From Escherichia phage vB_EcoM_Kelasse: a stretch of DNA of 64,000 nt. Positions 35,986 to 46,764 of this stretch are shown here, piece by piece. The stretch lies in the sequence record MW749001.1; one strand, given 5' to 3'. Each line of letters opens with the position of its first letter. Position 1 is the first letter of the stretch. Below the pieces are notes generated by a model. The model saw only the letters and a list, made by a program, of their open reading frames with translations. It searched no databases and was not told where the DNA came from. The translations under genes were made by a program, and so were the position numbers.

Positions 35986-37269
35986 ATGGCTAAAATCAAC
36001 GAACTTCTGCGCGAATCAACCACAACGAATAGCAACTCAATCGGTCGCCCAAATCTCGTTGCTTTGACTCGCGCTACCACTAAATTAATATATTCTGACA
36101 TTGTAGCAACGCAAAGAACTAATCAACCTGTTGCTGCTTTTTATGGTATCAAATACCTTAACCCAGACAATGAATTTACATTTAAAACTGGTGCTACTTA
36201 TGCTGGCGAAGCTGGATATGTAGACCGAGAACAAATCACAGAATTAACAGAAGAGTCTAAATTAACTCTCAATAAAGGCGATTTATTCAAATATAATAAT
36301 ATCGTTTATAAAGTATTAGAAGATACACCATTTGCTGATATTGAAGAAAGCGATTTAGAATTGGCTCTTCAGATTGCAATTGTTCTTTTAAAGGTTCGTC
36401 TATTTTCTGACGCAGCGTCAACAAGCAAATTTGAAAGCTCTGATAGTGAAATTGCGGATGCTAGATTCCAGATTAATAAATGGCAAACCGCAGTTAAATC
36501 TCGCAAACTTAAAACTGGTATCACAGTTGAATTAGCACAAGATTTAGAAGCAAATGGATTCGATGCTCCTAATTTCTTGGAAGATTTGCTTGCAACTGAA
36601 ATGGCAGATGAAATCAATAAAGATATTCTGCAGTCTTTGATTACAGTATCAAAACGTTATAAAGTTACAGGAATTACTGATACTGGATTCATTGATTTGA
36701 GTTATGCATCTGCACCTGAAGCTGGTCGTTCATTATATCGAATGGTATGTGAAATGGTTTCACATATCCAAAAAGAATCAACTTATACAGCAACGTTCTG
36801 TGTTGCTTCAGCTCGTGCTGCTGCGATTCTTGCTGCATCAGGTTGGTTAAAACATAAACCAGAAGATGATAAATATCTTTCACAAAATGCCTATGGGTTT
36901 TTAGCTAATGGTTTACCACTTTATTGCGATACTAACAGCCCATTAGATTATGTAATCGTTGGCGTAGTAGAAAATATCGGTGAAAAAGAAATTGTTGGAT
37001 CAATTTTCTATGCTCCGTATACAGAAGGTCTCGACTTAGATGACCCTGAACATGTAGGTGCATTTAAAGTTGTTGTTGATCCAGAAAGCTTACAGCCGTC
37101 TATCGGTTTATTAGTTAGATATGCTTTATCAGCAAATCCTTATACCGTAGCAAAAGATGAAAAAGAAGCAAGAATAATTGATGGTGGAGACATGGATAAA
37201 ATGGCGGGTCGTTCAGATTTGTCTGTTTTATTAGGTGTTAAATTACCAAAAATTATCATTGATGAATAA
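35986..37269 (+). CDS. 24: gp24 capsid vertex protein
   Basis: 427 aa, in the T4 gene 24 position after gene 23 with its own late promoter. Confidence 0.9.
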   Translation: MAKINELLRESTTTNSNSIGRPNLVALTRATTKLIYSDIVATQRTNQPVAAFYGIKYLNPDNEFTFKTGATYAGEAGYVDREQITELTEESKLTLNKGDLFKYNNIVYKVLEDTPFADIEESDLELALQIAIVLLKVRLFSDAASTSKFESSDSEIADARFQINKWQTAVKSRKLKTGITVELAQDLEANGFDAPNFLEDLLATEMADEINKDILQSLITVSKRYKVTGITDTGFIDLSYASAPEAGRSLYRMVCEMVSHIQKESTYTATFCVASARAAAILAASGWLKHKPEDDKYLSQNAYGFLANGLPLYCDTNSPLDYVIVGVVENIGEKEIVGSIFYAPYTEGLDLDDPEHVGAFKVVVDPESLQPSIGLLVRYALSANPYTVAKDEKEARIIDGGDMDKMAGRSDLSVLLGVKLPKIIIDE

Positions 37270-37276
37270 AACAAAG

Positions 37277-37297
37277 GGACCTTTCGGTCCCTTTTTA
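37277..37297. terminator. Bidirectional terminator between gene 24 (plus) and rnlB (minus)
   Basis: GGGACC-TTTC-GGTCCC hairpin followed by TTTTTATTT, between convergent genes. Confidence 0.65.
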
Positions 37298-37298
37298 T

Positions 37299-38303
37299 TT
37301 AACTTACCAATTCAATCCAAGCCGGACGAAGTACATCTTGTACCATTTTAACTAATTCCTTTTTAATCAAAGAAGGATTATCCGCTTGAGTTAGAGTAAT
37401 ACCTTCACGAGAAGTTTCTTCCAAAATATCTTGAACAGTTAGCCCCATCACCTTTCCAAAATCCTTTGGACCAATTTCGCCAATTTTAGAAATAACGTTA
37501 TTTACTCGGTTTAGTGTAACGTAACAAGCTAAAATCCCCACCAATTTGTTATCAGCTTCTGACAGTTCAACTTTAGCTTTAATAGGCTTATCAGACTTTT
37601 TCTTTTCACTAAATTTAGAATTCTTGCATTTGATGGCTACACGATTGCGATTAGGCAGCCAAGAAGGATAACAAGGTTTCAATACATATCCTTCAGCGGT
37701 AAATACTTCGCCTTTGGCTTCAGCTTTCCAAACACATTTGTTAGCGTCAATTAAACCTGCATTATCTACGGTAAAATTATAAGACGGAACAACAGAATCC
37801 AAATCATTTGGAAGTTTAATAAGATCTTCAAATTTACCACGACCCAAAAGTGGAGCGATTTTAAACCCAAATGAATTACAAAACGATTCCATCATGTAAT
37901 CATCAACATAAGTTACATCACCACTTTCGGTAGTGACAATAATGTCAAATACATAAAAATCTTTATCGCCATAATCAACATTCTTCTGAATGCCAGGTCC
38001 AGCGAATTCGCCAAAAACTTGATAAGTCACAACAGCTGAAGTTTCCATAATATCTTGTACTGCTTTAATGGAATCTTCGTAATTCTTTAAAATAATTTCA
38101 TAACCGAAGAAATCTTCAGCAGGAAGAATCGGTCCAGTACGTTTAGCGCAAGTTACTTTATCACGCTCAATAATCAATGAGAAATTTGTGCCGTGAATCT
38201 TTTCACGAGCTACCCATTCGCCGCCAGTCAATCCTAAGCTATAAAGTTTTTCAATAAATTTAGAGTTGTAATGATTTTCAAGACTGCTATACTTTTTAAA
38301 CAT
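37299..38303 (-). CDS. rnlB: RNA ligase 2
   Basis: 334 aa with nucleotidyltransferase lysine motif KIHGTN near the N-terminus. Confidence 0.85.
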   Translation of the reverse strand: MFKKYSSLENHYNSKFIEKLYSLGLTGGEWVAREKIHGTNFSLIIERDKVTCAKRTGPILPAEDFFGYEIILKNYEDSIKAVQDIMETSAVVTYQVFGEFAGPGIQKNVDYGDKDFYVFDIIVTTESGDVTYVDDYMMESFCNSFGFKIAPLLGRGKFEDLIKLPNDLDSVVPSYNFTVDNAGLIDANKCVWKAEAKGEVFTAEGYVLKPCYPSWLPNRNRVAIKCKNSKFSEKKKSDKPIKAKVELSEADNKLVGILACYVTLNRVNNVISKIGEIGPKDFGKVMGLTVQDILEETSREGITLTQADNPSLIKKELVKMVQDVLRPAWIELVS

Positions 38304-38312
38304 AATTAATCC

Positions 38313-38591
38313 TCAAAATGTAATTTCTAACCAATCACCATCACGCTGATCACTATTAACTTTAAAGATGAATCCTTCTTTTCTCAGCCAATCACCAATT
38401 TCTTCAGTAATCAATTTATCACGAGCAGTACAATAATAACTAAAATATGTTTTACCTTGTTCAGCTGCTTTATTAGCAAGTTCCGAAAAATCTTTAATAA
38501 AACACTCTAGTTTAAACTGTTTGCTTTTAAGTGCTTTTTCGCGTAATCGATTAGCAAAAGATTCATTTTCATAAAGATCATACTGTTCCAT
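38313..38591 (-). CDS. Hypothetical protein (92 aa), 24.2-like position
   Basis: Complete ORF between rnlB and hoc. Confidence 0.5.
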   Translation of the reverse strand: MEQYDLYENESFANRLREKALKSKQFKLECFIKDFSELANKAAEQGKTYFSYYCTARDKLITEEIGDWLRKEGFIFKVNSDQRDGDWLEITF

Positions 38592-38793
38592 TTTTCACCT
38601 TTTTATTGATATGTCTTTTTCTATAGACAACTTTTTCTCGAGTTTCAAATTTATTCTTAGCAGTCATAGCTCGAGCCCATAATACAGCCACTTCTTTTGC
38701 CTGTAAGTTTAATTCACGAGCAATTTCAATGAATGACTTTCCAGACTCATGAAGAGTAAACACCACAACCTCAGTTCTCATAATCAATCTCAT
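38578..38793 (-). CDS. Hypothetical small basic protein (71 aa), 24.3-like position
   Basis: Complete ORF; basic C-terminus, possible DNA-binding helix. Confidence 0.5.
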   Translation of the reverse strand: MRLIMRTEVVVFTLHESGKSFIEIARELNLQAKEVAVLWARAMTAKNKFETREKVVYRKRHINKKVKNGTV

Positions 38794-38860
38794 GTTATCG
38801 AGTTGGTGCCATTATATACATCATTTTCTGATTGTGTTTTGTGTGCTTTCAAAATGAAGA

Positions 38861-38876
38861 AAGGGGCCGAAGCCCC
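38861..38876 (-). terminator. Terminator hairpin after hoc
   Basis: Minus strand AGGGGC-TTCG-GCCCCT followed by a T-rich run. Confidence 0.55.
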
Positions 38877-38882
38877 TTATGA

Positions 38883-40301
38883 TTATGGATAGGTATAGAT
38901 GATACCAGTTTCTAAAGCAGTTTTATGAATGATGTATCCATTACGCGATTCTTGGACATCAACTTCTGGATAGTCTTTCATCATCTTCTGAAGAGTGTAA
39001 CGATGCAGGTAGTATTTACTATCTGGATCGTCAGTTTTCCAATCTTTACCTTCTTCGGTCATTTTTTGGATTTCATCCATAACCCACCAACCGCACCAGA
39101 TGTAAGCTGAAGTGCGATGTGGAAGAGGATGAACATAAGGCAATTCACCTTCTGGTTCTGGAGCAACTTTATCAGTTACCTGAACTTGACCTTCTGCTGT
39201 GATAGTTTTGCTATCATAATCAGTAGCAGTAACAGTTGCAGTAACTTCAATAGTTTGACTTCCAATAGATGATGTATCAACAGTGTATACATTAGTTGAC
39301 CCTTCTACTGGAGAAGAATCTTTCTTCCATGAATATTCGATTTGTGCTTCTTCTGGAGCATCCGTAACATTAGCAGTAAATGTAGCCGAAGCATCTTGCT
39401 GAACGTTAATAGAAGGAGGAGTCAATGTAACCCGTGGATTCATTGTTTTCTTATTAACAGTCAATGATACTTCATTAGAAGTAACTTCCTTTTCATTGTA
39501 ATTTTCAGCAGTTACTTGGGCTACGCATTTAATTCTTTTAACCCCACTTGTAGTTGGAGTGTAATTGAACGTAGCATTAGTTTCTCCACCAACTTGTGAA
39601 TCATCTACATACCACTGATACGTAGCAGATGCTCCTAGCGGCTGCGAAGCTAAGGCAGCAGTAAATTGAACTGGGGTTCCAATTACTCCTGCTGGAGGAC
39701 TATCAGGAGTTACTGCCAAAGTAGTCGTCTGCGTCTTTTTATTAACAGTCAGTGATACTTCATTAGAAGTAACGCTTAGTGTATCATAATCTGCCGCAGT
39801 TACTTGAGCTACACACTTGATTTTTTTAACTCCGCTTGTGTCAGGAGTGTAATTGAATGTAGCGTCAGTTGCTTCGTCTACAGGAGAACCGTCAACGTGC
39901 CATTGATACGTAGCGTTTGCACCTGATGGCTGTGAAGCTAAGGCAGCGGTAAATTCAATTGGAGTTCCAATCACTCCAGCATCAGGGCTACCAGGAGTTA
40001 CAGCTAAAGTAGTTGTTTGTGTCTTATTTTGAACTGTGATAGTTGTACTAATTTCAGCTGTTTCAGGTTCAGATTCTGCAACTTGATTGGTTGCAACTAC
40101 TTTAATAGTCTTTTGACCGGCAGGTCCTTTTAGTACATAACTAAAAGTTGCTGACGTTTCTTCCTGTGGAGCGTCGTCTACAGTCCAAGCATATGTAATA
40201 GGTCCATCTCCAGTTTGACCACTGGGTGTAGCAGTAAACTGCTGAGTCTGATCTATAACTCCAGTAGGTGTTTTAGGAGTTATATCAACTGTAAAAGTCA
40301 T
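38883..40301 (-). CDS. hoc: Hoc highly immunogenic outer capsid protein, with an extra Ig-like domain from a tandem duplication
   Basis: 472 aa starting MTFTVDITPKTPTGVID. Residues about 93-188 and 189-284 are near-identical 96-aa repeats; T4 Hoc is 376 aa as I recall. Confidence 0.85.
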   Translation of the reverse strand: MTFTVDITPKTPTGVIDQTQQFTATPSGQTGDGPITYAWTVDDAPQEETSATFSYVLKGPAGQKTIKVVATNQVAESEPETAEISTTITVQNKTQTTTLAVTPGSPDAGVIGTPIEFTAALASQPSGANATYQWHVDGSPVDEATDATFNYTPDTSGVKKIKCVAQVTAADYDTLSVTSNEVSLTVNKKTQTTTLAVTPDSPPAGVIGTPVQFTAALASQPLGASATYQWYVDDSQVGGETNATFNYTPTTSGVKRIKCVAQVTAENYNEKEVTSNEVSLTVNKKTMNPRVTLTPPSINVQQDASATFTANVTDAPEEAQIEYSWKKDSSPVEGSTNVYTVDTSSIGSQTIEVTATVTATDYDSKTITAEGQVQVTDKVAPEPEGELPYVHPLPHRTSAYIWCGWWVMDEIQKMTEEGKDWKTDDPDSKYYLHRYTLQKMMKDYPEVDVQESRNGYIIHKTALETGIIYTYP

Positions 40302-40310
40302 AAGTTATCC

Positions 40311-40991
40311 TTATTTTAATGTTACGAAAGAAGAATTGCGTGTTTCACGAATTAAAACTGATCCGTCACGGTTAATGTAATAAATTAAGCTAAATAAAGT
40401 TTGGTGTGCTGACGCATGCTCAAAACTAGTTGGGTGAGATTTCCAATCCGGAGTTTCAGCAATCCACTGGTAAATCCACCAAGGAACGGTGCAGAATCCT
40501 GGATTTTTTCCAATCAGCTGAAGATTCGGACTAAAGTTTTCCGGAAGAGTAAATACAGACAGCTTTTCAGATTCAATAATCTCAGCTACAGCCTGCTCGA
40601 ATTTTTCTTCAACAAAAGGAGTATCTTCAATCAAAACATCGGTATTTTCAGGAATTTTATCCGTTTCTACTACTTCAATTTTAATGTCAGATTTAACCGG
40701 AGAATCAATCAGAAGTGCTGCCTCTGGATTGACTTCTTCATCGTCATATTTTAACCCCTCTGCAGCATCAGCAGCATCAATTAAGTCTTTAATAGATAAC
40801 CCATCAGTCTCTGGCATAGGTTCACTAGCGAGCTTCTGGAGGGCTTCTTCAATATCAACAACGATATTATCAAAAGATTTATTCTTTTTGACCTTTATAC
40901 CAAACTGCTCAGCATATTCAGCTAATTTAGCTTTAGCTTCTTTGTTATCATCAAGAGCCTTCAGCTCTGCAATATAATCTTTATCTATCAT
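40311..40991 (-). CDS. inh: Inh, inhibitor of prohead protease
   Basis: 226 aa; T4 inh size and position next to hoc. Confidence 0.7.
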   Translation of the reverse strand: MIDKDYIAELKALDDNKEAKAKLAEYAEQFGIKVKKNKSFDNIVVDIEEALQKLASEPMPETDGLSIKDLIDAADAAEGLKYDDEEVNPEAALLIDSPVKSDIKIEVVETDKIPENTDVLIEDTPFVEEKFEQAVAEIIESEKLSVFTLPENFSPNLQLIGKNPGFCTVPWWIYQWIAETPDWKSHPTSFEHASAHQTLFSLIYYINRDGSVLIRETRNSSFVTLK

Positions 40992-41004
40992 AATATTTCC
41001 TCAG

Positions 41005-41012
41005 TATAAATA
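41005..41012 (+). promoter_or_regulatory. Late promoter TATAAATA for uvsW
   Basis: Exact TATAAATA about 30 nt upstream of the uvsW ATG. Confidence 0.65.
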
Positions 41013-41041
41013 TAGATATATTTATTACATGGTATTTAGAC

Positions 41042-42553
41042 ATGACTGACATTAAAGTACATTTTTATGATTTTAGTCACGTGAGAATTGATTGTGAAGA
41101 AAGTACATTTCATGAACTCCGTGATTTCTTTAGCTTTGAAGCTGATGGGTATCGTTTTAATCCGAAGTACAGATATGGCCACTGGGATGGACGAATCCGT
41201 CTTTTAGATTATAATCGCCTTCTTCCATTCGGCTTGGTCGGGCAAATTAAAAAGTTCTGTGATAACTTTGGCTATAAAGCCTGGATTGACCCGCAAATTA
41301 ACGAAAAAGAAGAATTATCAAGAAAAGATTTTGATGAATGGCTTTCTAAATTAGAAATCTATTCAGGAAATAAAAGAATTGAACCGCACTGGTATCAAAA
41401 AGATGCAGTGTTCGAAGGATTAGTTAATCGTCGTAGAATTCTTAATCTTCCAACATCTGCAGGTAAATCGTTAATTCAAGCTCTGCTTGCTCGGTATTAT
41501 TTGGAAAATTATGAAGGTAAAATTCTTATCATTGTTCCAACAACTGCTCTGACAACTCAGATGGCTGATGACTTCGTTGACTATCGTTTATTCAGTCATG
41601 CAATGATAAAGAAAATCGGCGGTGGAGCATCAAAAGATGATAAATATAAAAATGATGCACCAGTCGTTGTTGGTACATGGCAAACTGTAGTAAAACAACC
41701 GAAAGAATGGTTCTCACAGTTTGGAATGATGATGAATGATGAATGCCATCTTGCTACAGGAAAAAGTATTTCATCTATCATATCAGGTTTAAATAACTGC
41801 ATGTTTAAATTTGGTCTATCAGGTTCATTACGTGACGGCAAAGCCAATATCATGCAGTATGTTGGAATGTTTGGTGAAATATTTAAGCCAGTAACGACCT
41901 CTAAATTAATGGAAGATGGACAAGTAACTGAGTTAAAAATTAATAGTATTTTTCTTCGCTATCCCGATGAGTTCACTACTAAATTAAAGGGAAAAACTTA
42001 CCAAGAAGAAATAAAAATTATTACTGGGCTCAGTAAAAGAAATAAATGGATCGCTAAATTAGCTATTAAGCTTGCACAAAAAGATGAAAACGCTTTTGTC
42101 ATGTTTAAACACGTATCGCACGGTAAAGCTATTTTCGATTTAATTAAAAATGAATACGATAAAGTTTATTACGTATCAGGGGAAGTTGATACCGAAACCC
42201 GCAATATAATGAAAACCTTAGCTGAAAATGGTAAAGGAATAATTATAGTAGCGAGTTATGGTGTATTTTCTACTGGTATTTCAGTTAAAAATCTGCATCA
42301 TGTTGTTTTAGCGCACGGCGTTAAATCAAAAATCATTGTATTACAAACAATCGGTCGTGTATTACGTAAGCATGGTTCTAAGACAATAGCAACAGTCTGG
42401 GACCTCATCGATGATTGTGGTGTTAAGCCAAAATCTGCTAATACGAAAAAGAAATACGTTCATTTGAACTATCTTTTAAAACACGGCATTGATCGTATTC
42501 AGCGCTACGCAGATGAAAAATTTAATTACGTAATGAAAACAGTTAATTTATAA
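41042..42553 (+). CDS. uvsW: UvsW DNA helicase
   Basis: 503 aa; helicase motif I PTSAGKS and motif II DECH. Confidence 0.85.
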   Translation: MTDIKVHFYDFSHVRIDCEESTFHELRDFFSFEADGYRFNPKYRYGHWDGRIRLLDYNRLLPFGLVGQIKKFCDNFGYKAWIDPQINEKEELSRKDFDEWLSKLEIYSGNKRIEPHWYQKDAVFEGLVNRRRILNLPTSAGKSLIQALLARYYLENYEGKILIIVPTTALTTQMADDFVDYRLFSHAMIKKIGGGASKDDKYKNDAPVVVGTWQTVVKQPKEWFSQFGMMMNDECHLATGKSISSIISGLNNCMFKFGLSGSLRDGKANIMQYVGMFGEIFKPVTTSKLMEDGQVTELKINSIFLRYPDEFTTKLKGKTYQEEIKIITGLSKRNKWIAKLAIKLAQKDENAFVMFKHVSHGKAIFDLIKNEYDKVYYVSGEVDTETRNIMKTLAENGKGIIIVASYGVFSTGISVKNLHHVVLAHGVKSKIIVLQTIGRVLRKHGSKTIATVWDLIDDCGVKPKSANTKKKYVHLNYLLKHGIDRIQRYADEKFNYVMKTVNL

Positions 42554-42566
42554 GGGCTTCGGCCCT

Positions 42567-42809
42567 TTGGAGAAAAAGATGTTACTAGAATTTAAACAAT
42601 TTCTTTATGAAGCTTCTATTGATGAATTTATGGGTAAAATTGCCTCTTGTCAAACATTAGAAGGTCTAGAAGAACTTGAAGCTTATTACAAGAAAAGAGT
42701 TAAAGAAACTGAATTAAAAGATACTGATGACATCTCTGTGAGAGATGCTTTGGCAGGAAAAAGAGCTGAATTAGAAGATTCAGACGATGAAGTAGAAGAA
42801 AGCTTTTAA
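42567..42809 (+). CDS. UvsW.1-like small acidic protein
   Basis: 80 aa directly downstream of uvsW, following the GGGCTTCGGCCC hairpin at 42555-42566. Confidence 0.6.
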   Translation: MEKKMLLEFKQFLYEASIDEFMGKIASCQTLEGLEELEAYYKKRVKETELKDTDDISVRDALAGKRAELEDSDDEVEESF

Positions 42810-42864
42810 ATTAAAAAAGGCCCAACCAAAAAGGAAGGGCCAAAACTATAGACTAAAGGTCACA

Positions 42865-43032
42865 CTATAGCAAAAGTTGTGTTTCATTTAATTGTTCTTC
42901 CGAACTTTCTGAAACTGGTAGTTCTTTAATGTAATTATAGCAAGGCCCAGGATGTACAGGACCTTTGTCTGTTTCAACAACCAATGCAGAATCGATTGGA
43001 GTTTTACAGACAACACAAATCTTATCTGACAT
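42865..43032 (-). CDS. Small hypothetical protein (55 aa), possible zinc ribbon; below the ORF-track cutoff
   Basis: Minus-strand ATG at 43030-43032 with AGAGGAGA Shine-Dalgarno; product MSDKICVVCKTPIDSALVVETDKGPVHPGPCYNY has a CxxC pair plus a third Cys. Confidence 0.4.
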   Translation of the reverse strand: MSDKICVVCKTPIDSALVVETDKGPVHPGPCYNYIKELPVSESSEEQLNETQLLL

Positions 43033-43060
43033 GATTGTCTCCTCTAAATTATATATCTAT

Positions 43061-43285
43061 TTATACAACTCTCATATGCATATCAATGCCCATATCTTTA
43101 GAATAAAAATATTCATCAAGATATCCAGCAAATTTTCCTTTAATATAAAGGACATCTTCACCGCACGGGTGGTCGGCCAGGATACGAATATCCTGACGCT
43201 TAAGATTATGCTTTTTCATTAAGAATTGAATTTCCGTTTCAAATTCTTCTTCATAATTAAAAGCATCATCAATGCTATATCTCAT
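43061..43285 (-). CDS. Hypothetical protein (74 aa), uvsY.-2-like position
   Basis: Complete ORF abutting the uvsY stop. Confidence 0.5.
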   Translation of the reverse strand: MRYSIDDAFNYEEEFETEIQFLMKKHNLKRQDIRILADHPCGEDVLYIKGKFAGYLDEYFYSKDMGIDMHMRVV

Positions 43286-43698
43286 TATTTTCCAGCCTCA
43301 AATGCCCGCATGTCTTGAATATGCTTAATAGCAAATCCGCGTGATTTGATAGCATCAAGAGCTCCGCTACAGAAATCCAATAAAATTCCCCAATATTGCA
43401 ATGAAGTATCAACTTTTAAAACATCCTTATCAGCTGATAGAACTGTCTTCATTTCTGATTTCTCATAACGGTCCATACTAAATTCATCACCATCTCCTCG
43501 TCCCGAGTAGTAGTCTAATTTAGCTTTAAGAGCAACTTTTTTCTGTGCGTCAATTCTAAGCATTTCCTTTTTAATACTTGAATGCTTATTAAGCCATTTA
43601 CTATATAACATCACATTATTAGCTGCTTCATACTGTAATTTAGTCGAATCTATAAACACATCTTTCTTCAATTCTTCTTGAAGATCTTCTAATTTCAT
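43285..43698 (-). CDS. uvsY: UvsY recombination mediator protein
   Basis: 137 aa; T4 uvsY size and position; middle promoter upstream. Confidence 0.8.
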   Translation of the reverse strand: MKLEDLQEELKKDVFIDSTKLQYEAANNVMLYSKWLNKHSSIKKEMLRIDAQKKVALKAKLDYYSGRGDGDEFSMDRYEKSEMKTVLSADKDVLKVDTSLQYWGILLDFCSGALDAIKSRGFAIKHIQDMRAFEAGK

Positions 43699-43738
43699 AT
43701 TGTTCTCTATTCAATTGTTATTGGATGGACTTAGATTC

Positions 43739-43764
43739 ATTATACCACGTTTATACGTGAAGCA
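43739..43764 (-). promoter_or_regulatory. Middle (MotA-dependent) promoter for uvsY
   Basis: Minus strand ATGCTTCA-N13-TATAAT: MotA box (plus 43758-43764) and -10 (plus 43739-43744). Confidence 0.55.
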
Positions 43765-44163
43765 TTATACTCTGTTACTGGAAGCCAGTTGTAGTTTTAT
43801 CTGCTCAATATCATCAGGGTTATCGATGACTGAAAAGCGTATTTCTACTATCAGAGTATAATCATCATAAACTGGTATTACATTAACTGCTAATTTATCA
43901 ATACGTGGCTCGTAGTTTCTTACTGCGCTTTCAATGTTACGCTCAACAGTATCAGCAGTAAGAGGAGTCATATTCTCAAAAAGCTGATCAGATAAATCGC
44001 ATCCAAATTCTGGGTCAAATGGCCTTGACCCTTTCCTGGTTGTAATAATTCCCAAAAGGCTATTTTTAATTGACCTTAATCCAAGAGATCTGGAAACGTC
44101 TTTGTCCCAATCCATTTTCATTTCTGGGTCAATGTCAGAATAAAGCTTATTAATATTTGCCAT
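43765..44163 (-). CDS. 25: gp25 baseplate wedge protein
   Basis: 132 aa; T4 size and position. Confidence 0.8.
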   Translation of the reverse strand: MANINKLYSDIDPEMKMDWDKDVSRSLGLRSIKNSLLGIITTRKGSRPFDPEFGCDLSDQLFENMTPLTADTVERNIESAVRNYEPRIDKLAVNVIPVYDDYTLIVEIRFSVIDNPDDIEQIKLQLASSNRV

Positions 44164-44789
44164 TACAATAGCTCAAAGAATTCTTTGAGTCCTCTTATTA
44201 CATGAGCGTGAGTTTTTCCACACTCTGGACACTTAATTGGAACAGCCAAATAAACAGTAGGCTTTAAAAGCATATCTTTTATAGCTACAATATCTGACTC
44301 TGTGATGATAGAATATAAATCTTCCAACTCTTTTTCATTTAAGTCTTCAATTGGAATGCTTTCACCGTTAGCATGAATCGTTTCTATACATGATACTATC
44401 ATGTGGGCTATATTTTTATCATCAAAAATTTTAGGGTAATGGAACTTAATTTTAATGTCACCCAGTGTATACCAGAGGTCTTCTGGCGCATCTATTTGTG
44501 TATGTAATAGATTTATATGGGTTGGTATTTCAGTTCCACAGGTGCACTTCCAGGAGTTTTCGTGATTAACTTCTCCAAGAGAATGCGCCCATAAATGAAT
44601 CAGCAGTAGTTCTGATTCTTGGCGGTTTAAATCTTTTGCATTTGTGCAGTCTTTAATTAGCTTTTTAACGATCTCTTCTACTGAACCGTTCTTTTTAGCA
44701 GTAATAAGTTCTAGATATTCTTTAAGAGTAAATGCGCGACAGTTGATTATTTTAGAACCAACTCTCACATCAAATTTGTATTCATACAT
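44163..44789 (-). CDS. 26: gp26 baseplate hub protein
   Basis: 208 aa; T4 size and position. Confidence 0.8.
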   Translation of the reverse strand: MYEYKFDVRVGSKIINCRAFTLKEYLELITAKKNGSVEEIVKKLIKDCTNAKDLNRQESELLLIHLWAHSLGEVNHENSWKCTCGTEIPTHINLLHTQIDAPEDLWYTLGDIKIKFHYPKIFDDKNIAHMIVSCIETIHANGESIPIEDLNEKELEDLYSIITESDIVAIKDMLLKPTVYLAVPIKCPECGKTHAHVIRGLKEFFELL

Positions 44790-44810
44790 ATTTAGCTCCT
44801 TTATTTATCA

Positions 44811-44822
44811 TATTTATAAATA
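44811..44822. promoter_or_regulatory. Palindromic divergent late promoter TATTTATAAATA (genes 26 and 51)
   Basis: One 12-bp palindrome supplies TATAAATA on plus (44815-44822, gene 51) and on minus (44811-44818, gene 26). Confidence 0.65.
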
Positions 44823-44839
44823 GAATAAAAGGAGCATCT

Positions 44840-45589
44840 ATGGCAAACATTATTCGTTGTAAATTACCAGATGGTGTTCATCGTTTTAAACCATTTACGG
44901 TAGAAGATTATCGAGATTTTTTGTTAGTTCGAAACGATATAGAACATCGGTCACCACAAGAACAAAAAGAAATAATTGCTGATTTAATTGCCGATTATTT
45001 TGGAGACTATCCGAAGACTTGGCAACCATTTATATTTTTGCAGGTATTTGTAGGGTCAATAGGTAAAACTAAAGTACCGGTCACATTTGTATGTCCAAAA
45101 TGTAAAAAAGAAAAGACAGTTCCATTTGAAATATATCAAAAAGAATTAAAGGAACCTGTTTTTGATGTAGCTAATGTTAAAATTAAATTAAAGTTTCCTT
45201 CTGAGTTTTATGAAAATAAAGCAAAGATGATTACTGAAAATATTCATTCTGTTCAAGTAGATGAAACATGGTATGATTGGAAGGAAATTAGCGAATCAAG
45301 TCAAATAGAACTTGTTGATGCCATCGAGATAGAAACATTAGAAAAAATTCTCGATGCAATGAATCCTATTAATTTAACATTGCATATGTCATGCTGTAAT
45401 AAGTATGTAAAAAAATACACTGATATAGTAGATGTGTTTAAGCTATTAGTTAACCCAGATGAAATATTTACTTTTTATCAAATCAATCACACGCTCGTAA
45501 AAAGTAATTATAGCTTAAATTCAATAATGAAAATGATTCCTGCCGAGCGCGGATTCGTATTAAAACTGATTGAGAAGGATAAACAATAA
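44840..45589 (+). CDS. 51: gp51 baseplate hub assembly protein
   Basis: 249 aa; T4 size and position. Confidence 0.8.
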   Translation: MANIIRCKLPDGVHRFKPFTVEDYRDFLLVRNDIEHRSPQEQKEIIADLIADYFGDYPKTWQPFIFLQVFVGSIGKTKVPVTFVCPKCKKEKTVPFEIYQKELKEPVFDVANVKIKLKFPSEFYENKAKMITENIHSVQVDETWYDWKEISESSQIELVDAIEIETLEKILDAMNPINLTLHMSCCNKYVKKYTDIVDVFKLLVNPDEIFTFYQINHTLVKSNYSLNSIMKMIPAERGFVLKLIEKDKQ

Positions 45590-46764
45590 TGAGTATGTTG
45601 CAACGCCCAGGATATCCAAATCTCAGCGTTAAATTATTTGATAGCTACGACGCTTGGAGTAATAATAGATTTGTTGAATTAGCTGCTACTATTACCACAT
45701 TAACTATGCGGGATTCTCTTTATGGCCGAAATGAAGGAATGCTGCAGTTTTATGATTCTAAAAATATCCATACAAAAATGGATGGAAATGAAATAATTCA
45801 GATTTCTGTAGCTAATGCAAACGATATTAATAATGTTAAAACACGAATTTATGGATGTAAGCATTTTTCAGTGTCAGTAGATTCAAAGGGTGATAACATC
45901 ATTGCTATTGAATTGGGAACTATTCATTCTATAGAAAATCTTAAATTTGGCAGACCGTTTTTCTCTGATGCAGGTGAATCTATAAAGGAAATGCTTGGTG
46001 TCATTTATCAGGATCGCACATTATTAACTCCAGCAATAAATGCTATAAATGCTTATGTTCCTGATATTCCATGGACTAGCACATTTGAAAACTATTTGTC
46101 ATATGTAAGAGAAGTTGCTCTAGCTGTAGGAAGCGACAAATTTGTATTTGTATGGCAAGACATCATGGGCGTTAACATGATGGACTATGATATGATGATA
46201 AATCAAGAACCATATCCAATGATTGTTGGCGAGCCATCTTTAATAGGTCAATTCATCCAAGAATTAAAATACCCATTAGCATATGATTTCGTTTGGTTGA
46301 CTAAATCGAATCCTCATAAACGCGACCCAATGAAAAATGCTACTATCTATGCTCATTCATTTTTAGATTCTTCATTACCAATGATTACTACAGGAAAGGG
46401 CGAAAACTCTATTGTAGTGTCAAGGTCAGGTGCTTATTCTGAAATGACTTATAGGAATGGTTATGAAGAAGCTATTCGTCTTCAGACTATGGCGCAATAC
46501 GATGGCTATGCTAAATGTTCTACTGTCGGTAATTTTAACTTGACTCCTGGCGTTAAAATTATTTTTAATGATAGTAAAAACCAATTTAAAACAGAATTTT
46601 ACGTTGATGAAGTTATCCATGAATTATCTAATAATAATTCAGTAACTCATCTATATATGTTCACTAATGCAACGAAACTGGAAACAATAGACCCAGTTAA
46701 GGTTAAAAATGAATTTAAATCTGATACTACCACTGAAGAAAGTAGTTCTTCCAATAAGCAATAA
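45589..46764 (+). CDS. 27: gp27 baseplate hub protein
   Basis: 391 aa; T4 size and position. Confidence 0.85.
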   Translation: MSMLQRPGYPNLSVKLFDSYDAWSNNRFVELAATITTLTMRDSLYGRNEGMLQFYDSKNIHTKMDGNEIIQISVANANDINNVKTRIYGCKHFSVSVDSKGDNIIAIELGTIHSIENLKFGRPFFSDAGESIKEMLGVIYQDRTLLTPAINAINAYVPDIPWTSTFENYLSYVREVALAVGSDKFVFVWQDIMGVNMMDYDMMINQEPYPMIVGEPSLIGQFIQELKYPLAYDFVWLTKSNPHKRDPMKNATIYAHSFLDSSLPMITTGKGENSIVVSRSGAYSEMTYRNGYEEAIRLQTMAQYDGYAKCSTVGNFNLTPGVKIIFNDSKNQFKTEFYVDEVIHELSNNNSVTHLYMFTNATKLETIDPVKVKNEFKSDTTTEESSSSNKQ

